A stretch of 58,739 nucleotides of DNA, counting the filler, from Sphacelaria rigidula (taxonomy: Eukaryota), in assembly GCA_964200075.2 (NCBI GenBank). It is 8 parts of 8 records of this genome, joined end to end, with 100 filler letters (N's around TTAATTAATTAA, not from the genome) between each part and the next. Parts side by side here need not be neighbours in the genome. Positions count along the whole stretch, not along the records: positions 7,357 to 14,612 come from CAXNAA020015744.1; positions 14,713 to 21,967 come from CAXNAA020015745.1; positions 22,068 to 29,322 come from CAXNAA020015746.1; 5 more parts are not named here. One strand, written 5' to 3'. The notes beneath the pieces are model-generated. The model did not search any database, was not told the origin of the DNA, and worked only from the letters and a program-made list of their open reading frames with translations. The translations under genes were made by a program, and so were the position numbers. Below, piece by piece: positions 12,265-24,516 of this stretch; position 1 is the first letter of the stretch; every line of letters begins with the position of its first letter.

Positions 12265-14099
12265 GCAGGTGTCGAATAGTTTTATTTGTTGTTGGTGTTG
12301 TTGTTGGTGGTCACAGGCTAGCAAAAAATATATATATAGACCCAGATTAGAACTCACAAAACGCGATACAAGCAAAAAACAGGGATAAATAATAAAGAAG
12401 AAAGAGAACACATATGGCTAACCTCAGAATTTTTCAAGTCAAGATTATGCCATTTCACGAAAAGGTGTGAATTGGCATCATTTTGACTTGAAAACGATAC
12501 AAATGGACACCTGTTGTCAACACACGATTGTGGGCAAAAAGGGTTCCCGCTCCACAGCAAAGTGAGAGGTGACCTGCAGACGGGACGGTGCATATGACAA
12601 TATATGTACACGGAAGCCCAAATAAAACAACAATGCAGTCGTTTCATTATCTGTCCTCCCGCTGCGTTCCTACCTTCGTCCATCGGGATGGGATTACTGG
12701 AGGACCAGATTCCACCAAAGCCCCGGGGAGCGTGACCCCTTTCTGCCGCCAGCTGTAAAATTTAGCCCTTTGACCGCCGGGGTGGGCATTTTTGAACTCA
12801 AAACTGTGCTGAAGAAACAGAGCACCCTCGGGACTACACGTTCTCCATGTTTTCTCAAACAGCGGACGTCTGCTGTAGAGATTAATGCGGCACTGACTAG
12901 CCGCACGTGTTTCCGCCATCATCCTAGGGTGCGCATGAAGTTCGATAGTGCACCCGGGTGCACATATATTTTTCCAATGTCATGACACCAGCCCTAGATC
13001 GCAACGGCACGATGTTTCGTAACCCTCCGCAAGCGCAAAAGACCGAAGTGTTGTGACTTGTGAGTCCAGTTCTTGTGTTCATGCGGAGAGACTCGGGAAC
13101 CATTTCCGGAAACAAGAGGGGTTGGTCGTTGTGGCGTTCGTGAACAGCAAGGGGGCGGGAAAAGAGCCAAACACGTGGACGCCATGGTTGGACTTGGCGA
13201 GTAGATTCCCTAACGGGCAGTGTGCCGCATCAGATACAGTGTGGGAAGCGATGGCCCAGGACAGGTACTTTCTGTGCCGACTGGTGGCCCAGATAAGGTA
13301 CGATTGAAGAAGAATTCCCAGATCAGCTATACCTGGCCAAAAATTGGCCCAGAAAGGGGGAGTGGTTTCTGGAGGCGAGACGTCCTTCTGCGCATGACCA
13401 TATCTCGCGAGTAGCATATTTTTTTCTGGATTTGTTTCGAGGCTCGGGTGCCGAGGAGCCCCCCGATTGCTGTGCATCGAAAATTCGGAGCGAAATCGGT
13501 GTAGATTTTGTGCTTTGCTGTTATCGCGTATCTGGTCATTTTTCGTACCTTTCTTCGGTAGAATACGAGAAGGTATATCTTTTCTAGGCCGTTGTCATTC
13601 CTTTATCATGTTTTGTGTCATGACACAGATACCGGCGCCTGCGCGAAAAAAGGATGTGTTGCCAACTCATTTACCCTTGCTCATGTCCTTGTTCGTGCGC
13701 GATGAAACAAGGGTTTCTGTTGCACATTGAAGCGATTTCACTATGGTGTACGTATTTTTTCTCCATGACGTCTGTGAATGTACATGAACTATCGAATCCC
13801 CAGCCCTAAAAGTACGGCTTCTGGTTTCTGAGGTGGATTGAGTCATGATGGGGTTCCGGGTTGCGGAGGCGTCGGGAAAGCCTGGTGAGAGAGCTGGCCC
13901 GCAGTGAACGTCTAGCGGAGGGAAACCGCGGGTCACAGCGTCAGGATATGTGCTTGAAAGCTTGAAGAGTTCGACGAGCGAGGTTGTGATACATTTGATG
14001 ACTTGCCTGCCGACGACCCGAGCTGGCGGTAGTGAGACTAACCCTCCCTTTTTTTATTTTTTTGTGGAAACGTACAGAAACAACGGAGTTTTGTAATAG

Positions 14100-14299
14100 A
14101 TGGATATCCATGCCTTCCTAAGAGCACAGCTCTGGCTTTATCCCATCGAGGCCGACGCTTGGCCGGATCATGTTGCTGTGGCTGCCGTTGACGGCGATGG
14201 GGGTGGCAAGGAGGATGGTGCAGCTGACGGCGCCAACTGTCCGAGAGGAAGAGTAATCGTGAGCAATGCGAGGTGTTGTTTCTCGCTCCCTGATAGAAG
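14100..14299 (+). CDS. Possible isolated exon, unknown product
   Basis: Open frame MDIHAFLRAQLWLYPIEADAWPDHVAVAAVDG.., preceded by TAG with a T-rich tract further upstream, ending AG|GTGAGA. No recognisable homology. Confidence 0.3.
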
Positions 14300-14333
14300 G
14301 TGAGAGTTGTTGTCGGTGTCACTGTCGTCGCCG

Positions 14334-14335
14334 TC

Positions 14336-14369
<34 letters not shown>

Positions 14370-14372
14370 GTG
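14334..14372. repeat. (CTGTTG)n microsatellite
   Basis: Tandem gttgct units. Confidence 0.9.
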
Positions 14373-14612
14373 CTGGCTGTGTTGTTGGCGGTGGTGTTTA
14401 CAACAATGCACACTCCGCTTCCGTACCAGGGACTACTTTCCTCGTCAGATCGACCCAACCGCAAGGAAAATGCCCTCTTCGATAGTGAAACCAGTATCTT
14501 CCTCGTATCCTATCCCAAGCAACGGCTTGTCCTGCATCTCCCCCCCCCCTCCGGCCAGCGTCTTCTTACTGTGCCAAACATGATTCCTCGTAGCTGGCCC
14601 CCGACCTCACCA

Positions 14613-14712
14613 NNNNNNNNNNNNNNNNNNNNNNNNNNNNNNNNNNNNNNNNNNNNTTAATTAATTAANNNNNNNNNNNNNNNNNNNNNNNNNNNNNNNN
14701 NNNNNNNNNNNN
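14613..14712. other. Artificial contig spacer
   Basis: Same 100-nt N/TTAATTAATTAA linker. Confidence 0.98.
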
Positions 14713-15349
14713 ATGTGTTGCTTGCCTTAGTCGTCTGACCATTGACCACGCATCCCTTTCGAGACGGAGCACGGGGGGGGGGCACTCATTTGTTGCTTGC
14801 CGCAATCATTGACCGGTGGCGAAGCATCCCTTTCGAGACAGAGCATGGGGGGGGAGGGGAGGGGTTGACGGTTGAGCTACTCCTTGCACACGAAAGAGTA
14901 AGTTTTCAAGTGTCGCTGCAAGCAGCAAATCTCGTTTTTGAATGCTCTACAGGGGTCAAGATTCAGAACAACACACGCATGCAAACCTACATTATAACGA
15001 ACATGCGAGATCCGGTGATAAACACACCCGCTTACTCCTTCAATCAGGGCAACGAGCCCTCCCTCCTACCACCCCCCTCCCCGCCCTCTTCCAGTCTGGT
15101 TCGGCGAAAACCCGGCGTGCACCGTCCCAGCGTTGTAGAGACGGACCCCCTATGGGTTTGGCGTCGGTCGGCAATCACGCTGTAAAACACACACACGCAC
15201 TGCTTAAGTTAGGCAACCATGTTACCATTTTTTTTGCGCGCTTGCGTTTTTTGCGATAACCATGATGGTGGTCGAGCTAAATCATTTCGTGCGGGGTGGG
15301 AGAACCTCGATTCCGCGCAAAGGGGATGATCATACAACGTAGCGTTTAA

Positions 15350-15612
15350 ATGGTGAGACATCCATGAGCCAGTGTGGGACGCGTGGCTGTCTCTGGAAGT
15401 GGCGATACCAGAAAATGAAGCAACCCATTGGAGGCTGTCATCCACATGCAAGATAATCAGTACGCTTCGGCCCAACAATCTTAGCAGGATGCAGCTCACT
15501 CTTCGTGCGACTCGCCGAACACATCACGGCGCTTCGCGCTTAGTGATTGATTGCGAGCCTGGTCCGGCGAAAACCCGGTGTGCTCTGTCCCGGCTTTGCA
15601 GGGATGCGAGGT
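15350..15612 (+). repeat. Dispersed repeat; second copy at ~31233-31497
   Basis: atggtgagaca..ctgtctctggaagtggcgataccagaaaatgaagcaac..gcgactcgccgaacac..gagcctggtccggc is shared between contigs 3 and 5. Confidence 0.85.
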
Positions 15613-16247
15613 CAATGGTGTGCTGACTACGGCATGTGAGATCATGAGTTCGCCACTCCCCTCCGATCGCAGGATCACTCGAAGCGTGCTGTACGTATCA
15701 TCTATCCGACTTCACAGATGACACGGGTGTTGTAGTATGAATAATATATGCCACCCAGTTGTTGGATCACCTCCACCCGAGCACTCCAGTCTGGCTATCC
15801 ATCTAATTATCATGTCGTATGTTGATTGTGGAAGATGAACTGATCCCATACGCTTCCAGTCGTGGTTAGTCACAATATATACGTACAATATCCAAGGGTT
15901 AGAAAAAAAAAGAGAACAAAAGGGAGATAGTGCTCGTAGGGCAGAGCAACAAAGCAAAAACAAGGAAGCAAGAGAAACTAGACACACACAAACACTGGCG
16001 GGCGCGCGCGCGCGCGCCAGGTTAGGATCTAATTCTGGTGCCAGAGAGAGCTTCAGGGTAAGGAGGCGGTACGTGCGTGGGGAAGAAGAAACACATACAC
16101 ACTTTTATCATGCACACAAACTCTACGGTGGGCGCTGCGGCAGACTGCGGCTGTTGCATGTCTGTCTGTGGGTGTGGGTGTTACATCGTGCTGTAGGGTT
16201 TATGTAGGGTCAAGCCCAGCACGGCACAGTCCCCCGGCTCGACGTAC

Positions 16248-16359
16248 CCGATGAGCCACCCGGAGCGTGCGCAGAGTTCCTCGGATTTTTAGTGACGAGA
16301 AACGCAGAGGTCTCCGTGGTAGATCCCATCCCATACTCGTCCATGTTGGTCTTGCCCAG
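16248..16359 (-). CDS. gatA: Glutamyl-tRNA(Gln) amidotransferase subunit A (amidase signature), internal exon
   Basis: TAG acceptor and GTACGT donor; [37 protein letters not shown](G) matches the GKTNMDEF.MGS / NP..PGGSSG motifs. Not captured by the ORF track. Confidence 0.93.
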
Positions 16360-16983
16360 CTATGGCAAATAGTCAACAGAGGGAGAGTCCAGCCAGACAC
16401 CAAAAAAAACAAGAAACGATTGTTAGTGACCTGCGTTGCAATATTTCGCCGCGACTAGATTTGAAGTCGGCACCCCATCCCTACCTAGCGTGCAACACGA
16501 TGTATACCACCGCCCCCGGGGGCGGTGATGAGCTTTTCGTGGGCCCAAAATCATGATCCAGGGGCGGTATGTAGGGGGTGATATACTACGTACATCAGCA
16601 CCGCACTGTAAGTAAACTGGACAGAAACTCCTCAACCGGTGTCAAAATTGGACGAAAAACACATCAGCCGCGGGTGTTACTACCACAACGACAGGTGGCA
16701 GCTATATATATATGTATATGTATATATATACATGCATATTGGTCAAAATATAAGTAAAATAAATACATTTGATCGAACCGCATTTTTTTCAAGGCTCCTC
16801 GGCGGCCAAATCTTATCACGGTGAACGTTTGACCCCGAAATTTGGGGATCGAGAGAGGCCGAAAAGGCGTACAAAGGCACACAAGAAAAAGTGCAATAAA
16901 AATACCAATATATACATACACGCTGGCACAAGCACTCTACAAATGGCGCGAGCAAAAACTCCACTATTTTTTCTTCTTTTTAC

Positions 16984-17163
16984 CACGATCCCGCCAGCTT
17001 GTTTCAGCTTCGAAACGGCCCGCGCATCGTAAGAAGGCAGGTATCCCTCCAAGATTCTCGACCCCGCCGTAGTTTGAACCCCCGCCGTACACAGGTTGTC
17101 CTTCACTCCTAAGGGTACCCCTAACAAAGGAAGGGCGAGCGTCTCTTTGCACCCTTGGGACAC
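16984..17163 (-). CDS. gatA: Glutamyl-tRNA(Gln) amidotransferase subunit A, preceding internal exon
   Basis: CAG acceptor and GTAAAA donor; 60 codons incl. [49 protein letters not shown] with the catalytic Lys (VKD). Joins the next exon in phase 0. Confidence 0.93.
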
Positions 17164-18816
17164 CTGTCGACACAACGTGCGCAGCAAGAACAAAAAAGAG
17201 CAGCTGTAGAGTCGTGCTAGGGTAGGGGTGAGCACCAACATTTCCTGAGCCGGCGTGTTGGAGATGGACGTAGGCTCTCGCGTACTCGCGCTAGTTCAGT
17301 TACTCTATACTTCGTGTACTATAGGACGAAGTTGCGCCTGAACATGGGGCGATCCTCTCGAACAAGAACAACGTCATTTGTGAAAGAAATCTGTATTGTT
17401 TTGTTTCACAAGGTGAAAATGCCCCGGACATCTCTCTTTACCAAGAAAGTACACCCCCTTACGTAGCACGACTCTGTAAATGTCACTTCGCTGGGACCGT
17501 ACGGTGTGACTATTATAGTACCGGCGTCCTACAGTGGCTCTATTGTCTTGAGTTCTAGCTACCGCAGGACCCCGTTACTGTGCGTGAGTAGTGTGACCAG
17601 AGATTCGTCCGTCCAGGTGAGGTGTCAGGGTTTCGGAACCTCTCAAACTCATGTCACCAGCGGATCAGCTTTCTCTGAAGTACTCCTCTCTGGTCCATAT
17701 GTGTGCTTGCATTCCTTGGGTCCTTGGGTGGGTGGGGGAGTGGGGGGTCGTGTGTGTGCGCGCGCGCGTGTTAAGGGATACAGTAGTACAAATTTCGGAA
17801 CAATTATCTGCGAAGTGGACAAGAGGCGGATTTCGACCCCAATCAGGTGCCGAAATCCAATGGTTGAACGCTTTATTCTTGTTTTCGCCGAACTCTACGG
17901 CTAACTAACCCTAAGGCAAGGGAGGTGGAAAGGGTATGCCCTACGCGGAGTATACGCTGTGGCAGACTTCGAATCGGCGCCTATATATATATGTCAGGCC
18001 TCAACACGTGGCGAGCAGGGTAAGCAGCACACGCTGGGCGAGCGGTTGGGACTTAGCGCCAGCCCTTTAAATATCTGAACGTCATAATATACACAAAATC
18101 AATATGTATATATATATAGATTCGACTACTAACATAGTATTTCGGAGATGAGCTAGTGCTTCTATTTAATCATCGTGTTTCGGCGCCAAACTGGGGTAAA
18201 TAAATAAACGCTCCCGGGAGTGAGCAGAGCCAGCCGCGTCGCGTACTTATATTGCGCAAACGTCCTATAGTCTACTTGCACACTGTGTGAGCGCGCGCAT
18301 GTGCCTTTACATAGTGGTAGGGGGCACAAGGTAGTCCGTCGCTGGCTACCGTCACGGTCAGTCGCAACGCACAAGAACGGTTCGCATCTTCATCGTGTGC
18401 AGAGTTTGCAAGTTCAACCTACCCCTTTGTCCCCCTTTAGTGTGTATGTTCTCCTCTCCTCCGACTGGTCACTCGAAAGTCTTAAAACCAAAAGGTACTG
18501 TACGTACGCATCAGCAATGATTTCCCTGTGCAGTACTCCCCCCCCCCCCCTAAGTGAATGTAGAGACATTGGGGGTGCGTGCTTTGGCGAGAAGCCAGCA
18601 AAAGTGTATGTGTATACGACGCTGTTGTATAATACGGTGCATCATTTAATCAAAGACTGAACATCGTGGAGGGGTCTCAATTCTTTCTCACCGTGCTCAA
18701 AAAGCAATGAATGTGCGTGCTGCGTGCTGTGCCACGAGTTGAGGGCACTTACAGGGTAGCGTTAGCGTTCCCACTTGTTCGCAGTTTTGAACAGAACGAA
18801 CGGCGTAAAAGCATTG

Positions 18817-19019
18817 AAGGGCAGGTCGAGTAGAGTATACTCAATTGCGGGGTATTTTGAAAGTCGTACTTGAAGTACACAAATTGGGGGCAGGGTTTTG
18901 GGGATCACTTCTCAGTTTTCTTTCGGGTACGACTACTAGCACTCTACCCTGATTCGAGTACCTCAAGTACGTCTTTCAAAATACCCCGCAGTTGGGTATA
19001 GTCTACTCGACCTGCCCTT
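18817..19019. mobile_element. MITE of the AAGGGCAGGTCGAGTAGA / GAGTACTC-rich family
   Basis: TIR aagggcaggtcgagtaga / tctactcgacctgccctt plus inner tgcggggtattttgaaag / ctttcaaaataccccgca. Relatives at ~24554, ~26865-27025 and ~27552-27773. Confidence 0.8.
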
Positions 19020-19111
19020 GAAAGCATTCGGGGACTCACCTTACACAAGTCCCGTATTTTTGCAGGTGCGTTTTTTCTTGCTTGTTTTTGTTTGGGTATG
19101 AATGAGTCTAT

Positions 19112-19366
19112 GACACTTTCTACGATAACCCCCCCTACCAGGAACCAGCCATAAATTGTCACGAAAAAAATGGTCCTACAGCGCCTCATGTTTGGGTTCA
19201 GGCTGCATGAAGCGCCTCATATGGGCGACATTGGCGAAGACGAACCCAAGCGTGGGAATTCCCAGCTGCTCGTTGTGCACGGCCTTTTCCATTCCGATTC
19301 ATGTGTGGATTTTGCCTCCCCACAACAGTCACTTTTTGGGGGGAAGGGGCTATCGTAGAAAGTGTC
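19112..19366. mobile_element. 255-bp MITE with GACACTTTCTACGATA TIRs
   Basis: Perfect 16-bp TIR; first ~155 bp match 42867-43018; other end matches 43967-43999. Confidence 0.85.
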
Positions 19367-20082
19367 TTATGTGCTCTTAATTGCGCAAGACCTTTTGTCT
19401 ACCTGAAGCCATGGTGGAGAGGACCGCCATTTTCTAGTTTTTTCATTCTGTTCAGCCTACTCTATCTGTTTGTTTGTTCTATCTTCATCTGTTTTCTTCA
19501 CTCCCTGCAGCGAGAGTTTCTGTTTTGTGTACCTTGCACATGTCTGGACAAATATATGGACAACATGTAGTTGCAACAGACAAAAAATGTACTGCGTGAA
19601 GTATAGTCCTATTGCAGCTCTTGTCGGACCGACAATGCTTGCAATAGGATCATATTTCACGTAGTACATTTTTTGCCTACTGCATCTATTGACCATGTAT
19701 TGTCCAGGGTGTGGTACCTCGGGGACGTCTGTCTTGTGGACAATGACCATGACTGCGTCCCTCGGGGATCAGTTAACGTGCGGCAATCAATACATCGATC
19801 AAAACAATCAAATCACCCCCGGGGGAGTGCGCTGATTCAAGTGGTTAGCGCCCCGTTATGCCTTCGAACACACACACACCCACGCGCGCGCGTACACACG
19901 GTAGACACAAAAACTGTTAACCCTGTTGACCGGCTCACGCATAGCGTAAGCCCCGTATATCAATTGGACATACACCTATATCATGTAAGGAATAGTAGTG
20001 ACGGTACTGGAAAGGCGAGCCTACGTCTGTGACCGCGGGTTCGAAAGATCAGACTAGCCTTTTGGAGACGAGAAGCTGTTAA

Positions 20083-20403
20083 CCCTGTTGACCGGCAGGG
20101 TGGGAAACCTGGTGGGTTTTATCATTTTTCAAATGAAAATGATGCCGCCCCGGGCCGTGTCTTGGCGGAAATATTTTCGTCAAAATGGTGCAGCGGAAAG
20201 GGAAAAATCCGATTTGATAGTAGATCGTCATATCAGCGAACGTGCCGTCGACATATTGTAAACGACGACGTCTCAGATCGGAATTCTTAAAAGACGACGT
20301 ATCAGATCAGATTTTTTTTCATTTTCTCACCGGATTTTTCCATCGAAAAATATTTCGCCAAGACACGCCCTCAGCAGATGACACACCCTGACGGTCAACA
20401 GGG
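20083..20403. mobile_element. piggyBac-like non-autonomous element
   Basis: TTAA|CCCTGTTGACCG..CGGTCAACAGGG|TTAG, with inner IR cgtgtcttggcg(g)aaatatttt / aaaatatttcgccaagacacg. A second solo left end sits at 19917-19933. Confidence 0.7.
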
Positions 20404-21967
20404 TTAGTACGTGCGACCGCCATTGTACTATATCCACATTGGTAATAATCTACGGCACATCACAACTGGGTGCTGCAAATATTGAACCAGTGAAAATTTT
20501 ATCCGACCCACGGACGGATCATTATCCACACGACCGGTATAGTGCGAATCAACGTTGAGAAAACCCATGTACACCGACGATCCATTAAACGATGGGCCAT
20601 CAAGTGATGGGAAACCACTGCGGCGTGCTGTGGGGGCATCGCGGAAAACATTTCAGCGCATCATCATATCAGCTCGATGTGTGCAGCACACAACCATACG
20701 TGTGTGCTGTGTTTGTATGTGTGCGTGCTTTGGCAACACCTGAAACGACCACGGTGGGTAAAACCCCTTCAAGTACAAGTAAATCGTCTTGTGTACTTGT
20801 TCATTATTCAGAGGTAGGATTTCGATCACAGAGTAAGACAAGGGGCCTCAAAGACTGGAAGACGTTATACACCGCCCCCGATCCCCGAAAACCTCATTCT
20901 TGGCGACTGGGGGGGAGAGGGTACCCCATTTTGGAGGGGTGGGTACCCCCTGATCAGATGAATATTGACGATAGTAGGTACTGTACTGTGGAGCACGTGC
21001 ATAAACGGATTTTCCGGGCTTTTGCCAGGCTCGTGTACAAGTTGTGTATGCTACGGTTGCACGACAGGTGGTAGGATTGGGTATGCTACGTTCAAGTCTC
21101 TATTATTACTCGTGGGCACAGCATCCTCTCGTGATGATCGACTCGACAGCATCCGGCACGACACACAAATCTGTCAAGTTCTGAAGACGTAGCCGTGGTT
21201 GTTGTAAGAGCCGCATTTGTTGGAACATATTATGCCAGCATGATATAAACTGTGACTTGTTGACTGCTTCCTTTAGCGACACCATCTTCCACGAGATTGT
21301 CATTTGTCGATTCTATCTGTGTTGCTCTTCAGTATGCCGACCTTTAGAGATTGCCCCTCGACACAGCTGTCCGAACGCGGGCACTGCCTACGCGAGCACC
21401 AGGTGATCATCCTTGAATCATCTATAATTGGTTGATACCATGGGAGTACTGTCACAACATTTTTATGTCGGTTGGAATTATACATTCAAGTCACCGTAGT
21501 AGTGTATACCTCTGGTGTCACTCAGCAACACGTACAACTCATGGCACACTTTCCTTGATCGACAAACATAATGCCATCGGGTTCACGTCTTGAGTACATG
21601 CCCCTCTCCAGCATTGCGGCCTCACTATTATAACACTTACTCTAAACTCATTTTCCAGCGGTCACCTTCACTGGAAAGTCATCATCCAGCGGCCAAGTTC
21701 TCTTCCCTGCGGCCTCTAGAACAACTGATGTGCTCAAACTCCTCGGTTTTGGGCTGCTCGGGTACAAGCCAGCACCGTGGTGGGGAAGGTACCGTTCAAT
21801 TCCGTATTCTGGCGAAGAAACAAGAAGAAAAATGTTTTTGGACACCATTTTTCGATTTTCATCATTCTCGCCTGCCTCTGTGGGGCGCAGGGGGTGGAGG
21901 GGGGGGGGGGGGGGGGGGGGGGGTAAAATTTTATTTGTTGGTGGAGGTCGTTTTAGAAAAGCCATTT

Positions 21968-22067
21968 NNNNNNNNNNNNNNNNNNNNNNNNNNNNNNNNN
22001 NNNNNNNNNNNTTAATTAATTAANNNNNNNNNNNNNNNNNNNNNNNNNNNNNNNNNNNNNNNNNNNN
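21968..22067. other. Artificial contig spacer
   Basis: Same 100-nt linker. Confidence 0.98.
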
Positions 22068-22071
22068 GGGG

Positions 22072-22141
22072 GTCACGATCTCGGAACGGTTTTCCCCGAT
22101 TTTTGCCGAAAAATCGGGGAAAACCGTTCCGAGATCGTGAC
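22072..22141. repeat. Perfect hairpin: 33-bp stem, 4-nt loop
   Basis: gtcacgatctcggaacggttttccccgattttt-gccg-aaaaatcggggaaaaccgttccgagatcgtgac. Confidence 0.95.
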
Positions 22142-22333
22142 TCCCCCGATTTTTTCGAGGTGACGTACGTGCATTGACGTACAAAGCTAGAGTCCGAGGC
22201 GTTTGACGTTGATAATACTGTACGCAATACGCCGGCCATGGTGTACAGTCCCATGGGCTATACCGGCATGCAAGAGTTGTAGGACGGATTTAGCTTCGAA
22301 GGTGCTTCGTAGTGCGCACGGAGCGCGGCGGAT

Positions 22334-22780
22334 ATGAGCAATAGGAATGTCGAGGAAGAAGAAGAGGCCGTGCTCGCTGAGGATGACGACGGTGATGAGC
22401 AGGCTGTCGTAGTGATCATGCGGGCGGTTCGACATGCCAGGTGCCAGAAGAGACGCCGTCACGCGAGGAGCATTCAGGAGTGGGCTGCAGCGGTGGGTAG
22501 CATGCTTGAGCCAGACGACGAAGATGACAAACAGGATGGTCGGAGAGCCCCGCGCACCGTGTACCCCCGCCCATCATATGCAGACTCGGCTTGGGCCAGA
22601 ATGATGCGTTGCCCAGCGCTCGCGGATCCCGCATCGCGAGAGGCTAACCTGTTCCGACGCCGTTTTCGGGTTCCGTACCAGTTTTTCGGTCAGATCGTCG
22701 AGCTTGTACAGAAGCGACACTGGTTTTCATCGACGGTTGTAGACGTGTCCGGGCGGCAGTGCATTCTCGTGGAACTGAAG
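22334..22780 (+). CDS. PIF/Harbinger (HARBI1-like) transposase, exon 1
   Basis: ATG 22334; FRRRFRVPYQFFGQIVELV..VELK, typical of the Harbinger N-terminal region; AG|GTATGT donor, 149 codons, phase 0. Confidence 0.88.
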
Positions 22781-23219
22781 GTATGTGTGTTGTGCGTATG
22801 GGATAACAGTTGCTGCTGCTGTCGTGCTCACACTCTTTTTGCTCAGCGCGCAGCAAATATCTCTGCATTATACTGTACTGTGTATACACGCCGGCCGCAT
22901 GCTGACTGTACGATGTACAGAATCTGAGAGTATGCAAATCAGCACTGTAGCGCCGCTCGTGGCAGTTCTCTCCGGTACACCGTGCGCGTCGCACCGCGCC
23001 GGTCTGTGGTGCAGTAACTTTAGTTTAGACGGCTGCACGGTGCGCCTGCGGTGTGATGTGGATACGTAGCATGCCAGCATACATCTTTTCGTCAGCGATT
23101 CCTTTGCTTGATGATGCGCCGATACTGTCGGGCAAAAATCGCCGAAGCTGCGACCCCGGCGCAGCAAATGTACTCACCGTCGGTGGGAACGTGCGTGCAT
23201 GGTGTCCCCCGACACGCAG

Positions 23220-23747
23220 GTGCTGGCCGCGCTGCAAACTCTGGGGAGAGGCACATGCTTTGACGACATTAGCCAGATGTCGCTCATGAGCGAACCGGTG
23301 GCATGTGCGTCCTTCCATGCGTTTTGCGAGCACTTCGCTCAGGAGCTCTATGCCGATCACGTGCGGCTTCCCACCGGAGACGATCAGGACAAGGTCATGG
23401 AGGACTTTCACAAGCTCGGATTCACCGGCGCCGTGGGGTCGGCTGATGTGACCCACGTAAAGTGGGACGCCTGCCCTTACAGCGAGCAACGGACGCACAC
23501 AGGAAAGGAGGGCTACCCCACTCTCGCATATCAGGCGACGGTCGATCACTCAGGGCGCGTCCTCGCCGTCATGCCGGGCTGCCCTGGATCCTTCAACGAC
23601 AAGACCATAATTCGCTTTGATGCTGCTGTGACGAAGATAAGGAATGATGGCGTCTACAAAAACCGAGTCTTTTATCTCAGGGCGGGCGACGGCAACATGG
23701 TGAGGTGCACAGGAAACTATTTGCTCGTGGACAACGGCTACCACAAG
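23220..23747 (+). CDS. PIF/Harbinger transposase, exon 2
   Basis: GCAG acceptor; VLAALQTLGRG..GFTGAVGSADVTH..TGKEGYPTLAYQATVD..GSFND..YLLVDNGYHK; AG|GTGAAT donor, 176 codons. Confidence 0.93.
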
Positions 23748-24184
23748 GTGAATTCTACCGCAAGCCATGGTGGCCTCTCCATCATTCTCACAGCTTTCGG
23801 CGTAGCACGTACTTCCTTCTGGATATTAGTAGTCCGTACCAGCGCTCGCCTTACAACCTTTTATCACGACAAGTCACCACTCCTGTGCTCCAATCAGTGC
23901 CTTCGTTAGACAAGAAACAATGACTGCTCCGATCGCGTCGTCACTTCTACCCACGTCAAGCAGGGTTCCCAGGGCTCGTCCCACTACCTTTTCTTCCACG
24001 ACTAATCATGACTCCTTTGCCTTAGTCGGCGTTTTTTTTTCATACAGCACCACATCACTGCTGCGCTGGCGTTATACCGCAGCTTTTCTTCCACAACAAG
24101 CAACAATGACTCCAGCGGTCGCCTTCATACTGCGTGCCGCATGAATCCACGTACCCGCCCCACTACCATTTCTTTCCACGACGA

Positions 24185-24516
24185 GGCACGACTCGTGTGC
24201 TCCGGTCATTACACTTGACAACGAGTAGTCAATCGCGTGCCTCAGCCATGTAGGATTTTTTGGGGCACATCCACCACTGACTGCCGCGATCGCCTTGTCA
24301 GCTTTTCCCACGACAAGCACTGTCTGCAGGGCTCACCCACTACCTCTTTTTCCACGACGAATCACGACTAGTGTGCTTCAGTCGGTGTTTTTTATTTTCA
24401 CACCACCAAATGACTGCAGTGCTGGCGTTATACCGTGGCTTCTTTTCACAAGAAGCAATGACTGCACCTGTCGGCTTTCTACTGCGTGCTGCGACAAGCA
24501 ATGCCTCCAGCACCCG
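24185..24516 (+). repeat. ~330-bp direct repeat inside transposase intron 2; partner at 27026-27355
   Basis: Both copies share ..gtgctggcgttataccgtggcttcttttca..tactgcgtgctgcgacaagcaatgcctccagca. A more degenerate copy lies at ~23915-24184. Confidence 0.85.

Larger units (their letters stand above)
10795..13595. mobile_element. Foldback-like structure with ~475-bp inverted arms; left arm split by insertions
   Basis: 10795-11027 plus 11545-11773 is the reverse complement of 13121-13595. ORFs 11588..11773(-) and 13053..13307(+) share CAASDTVWEAMAQDRYFLCRLVAQIRYD. Confidence 0.8.

Noticed and set aside
14266-14660. Poly-Cys, poly-Leu and VAVAVA ORFs
   Set aside because: Translations of the (CTGTTG)n microsatellite.
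16816-17241. 141-aa ORF as a complete amidase
   Set aside because: Only 16984-17163 is exonic; the rest is intron read-through.
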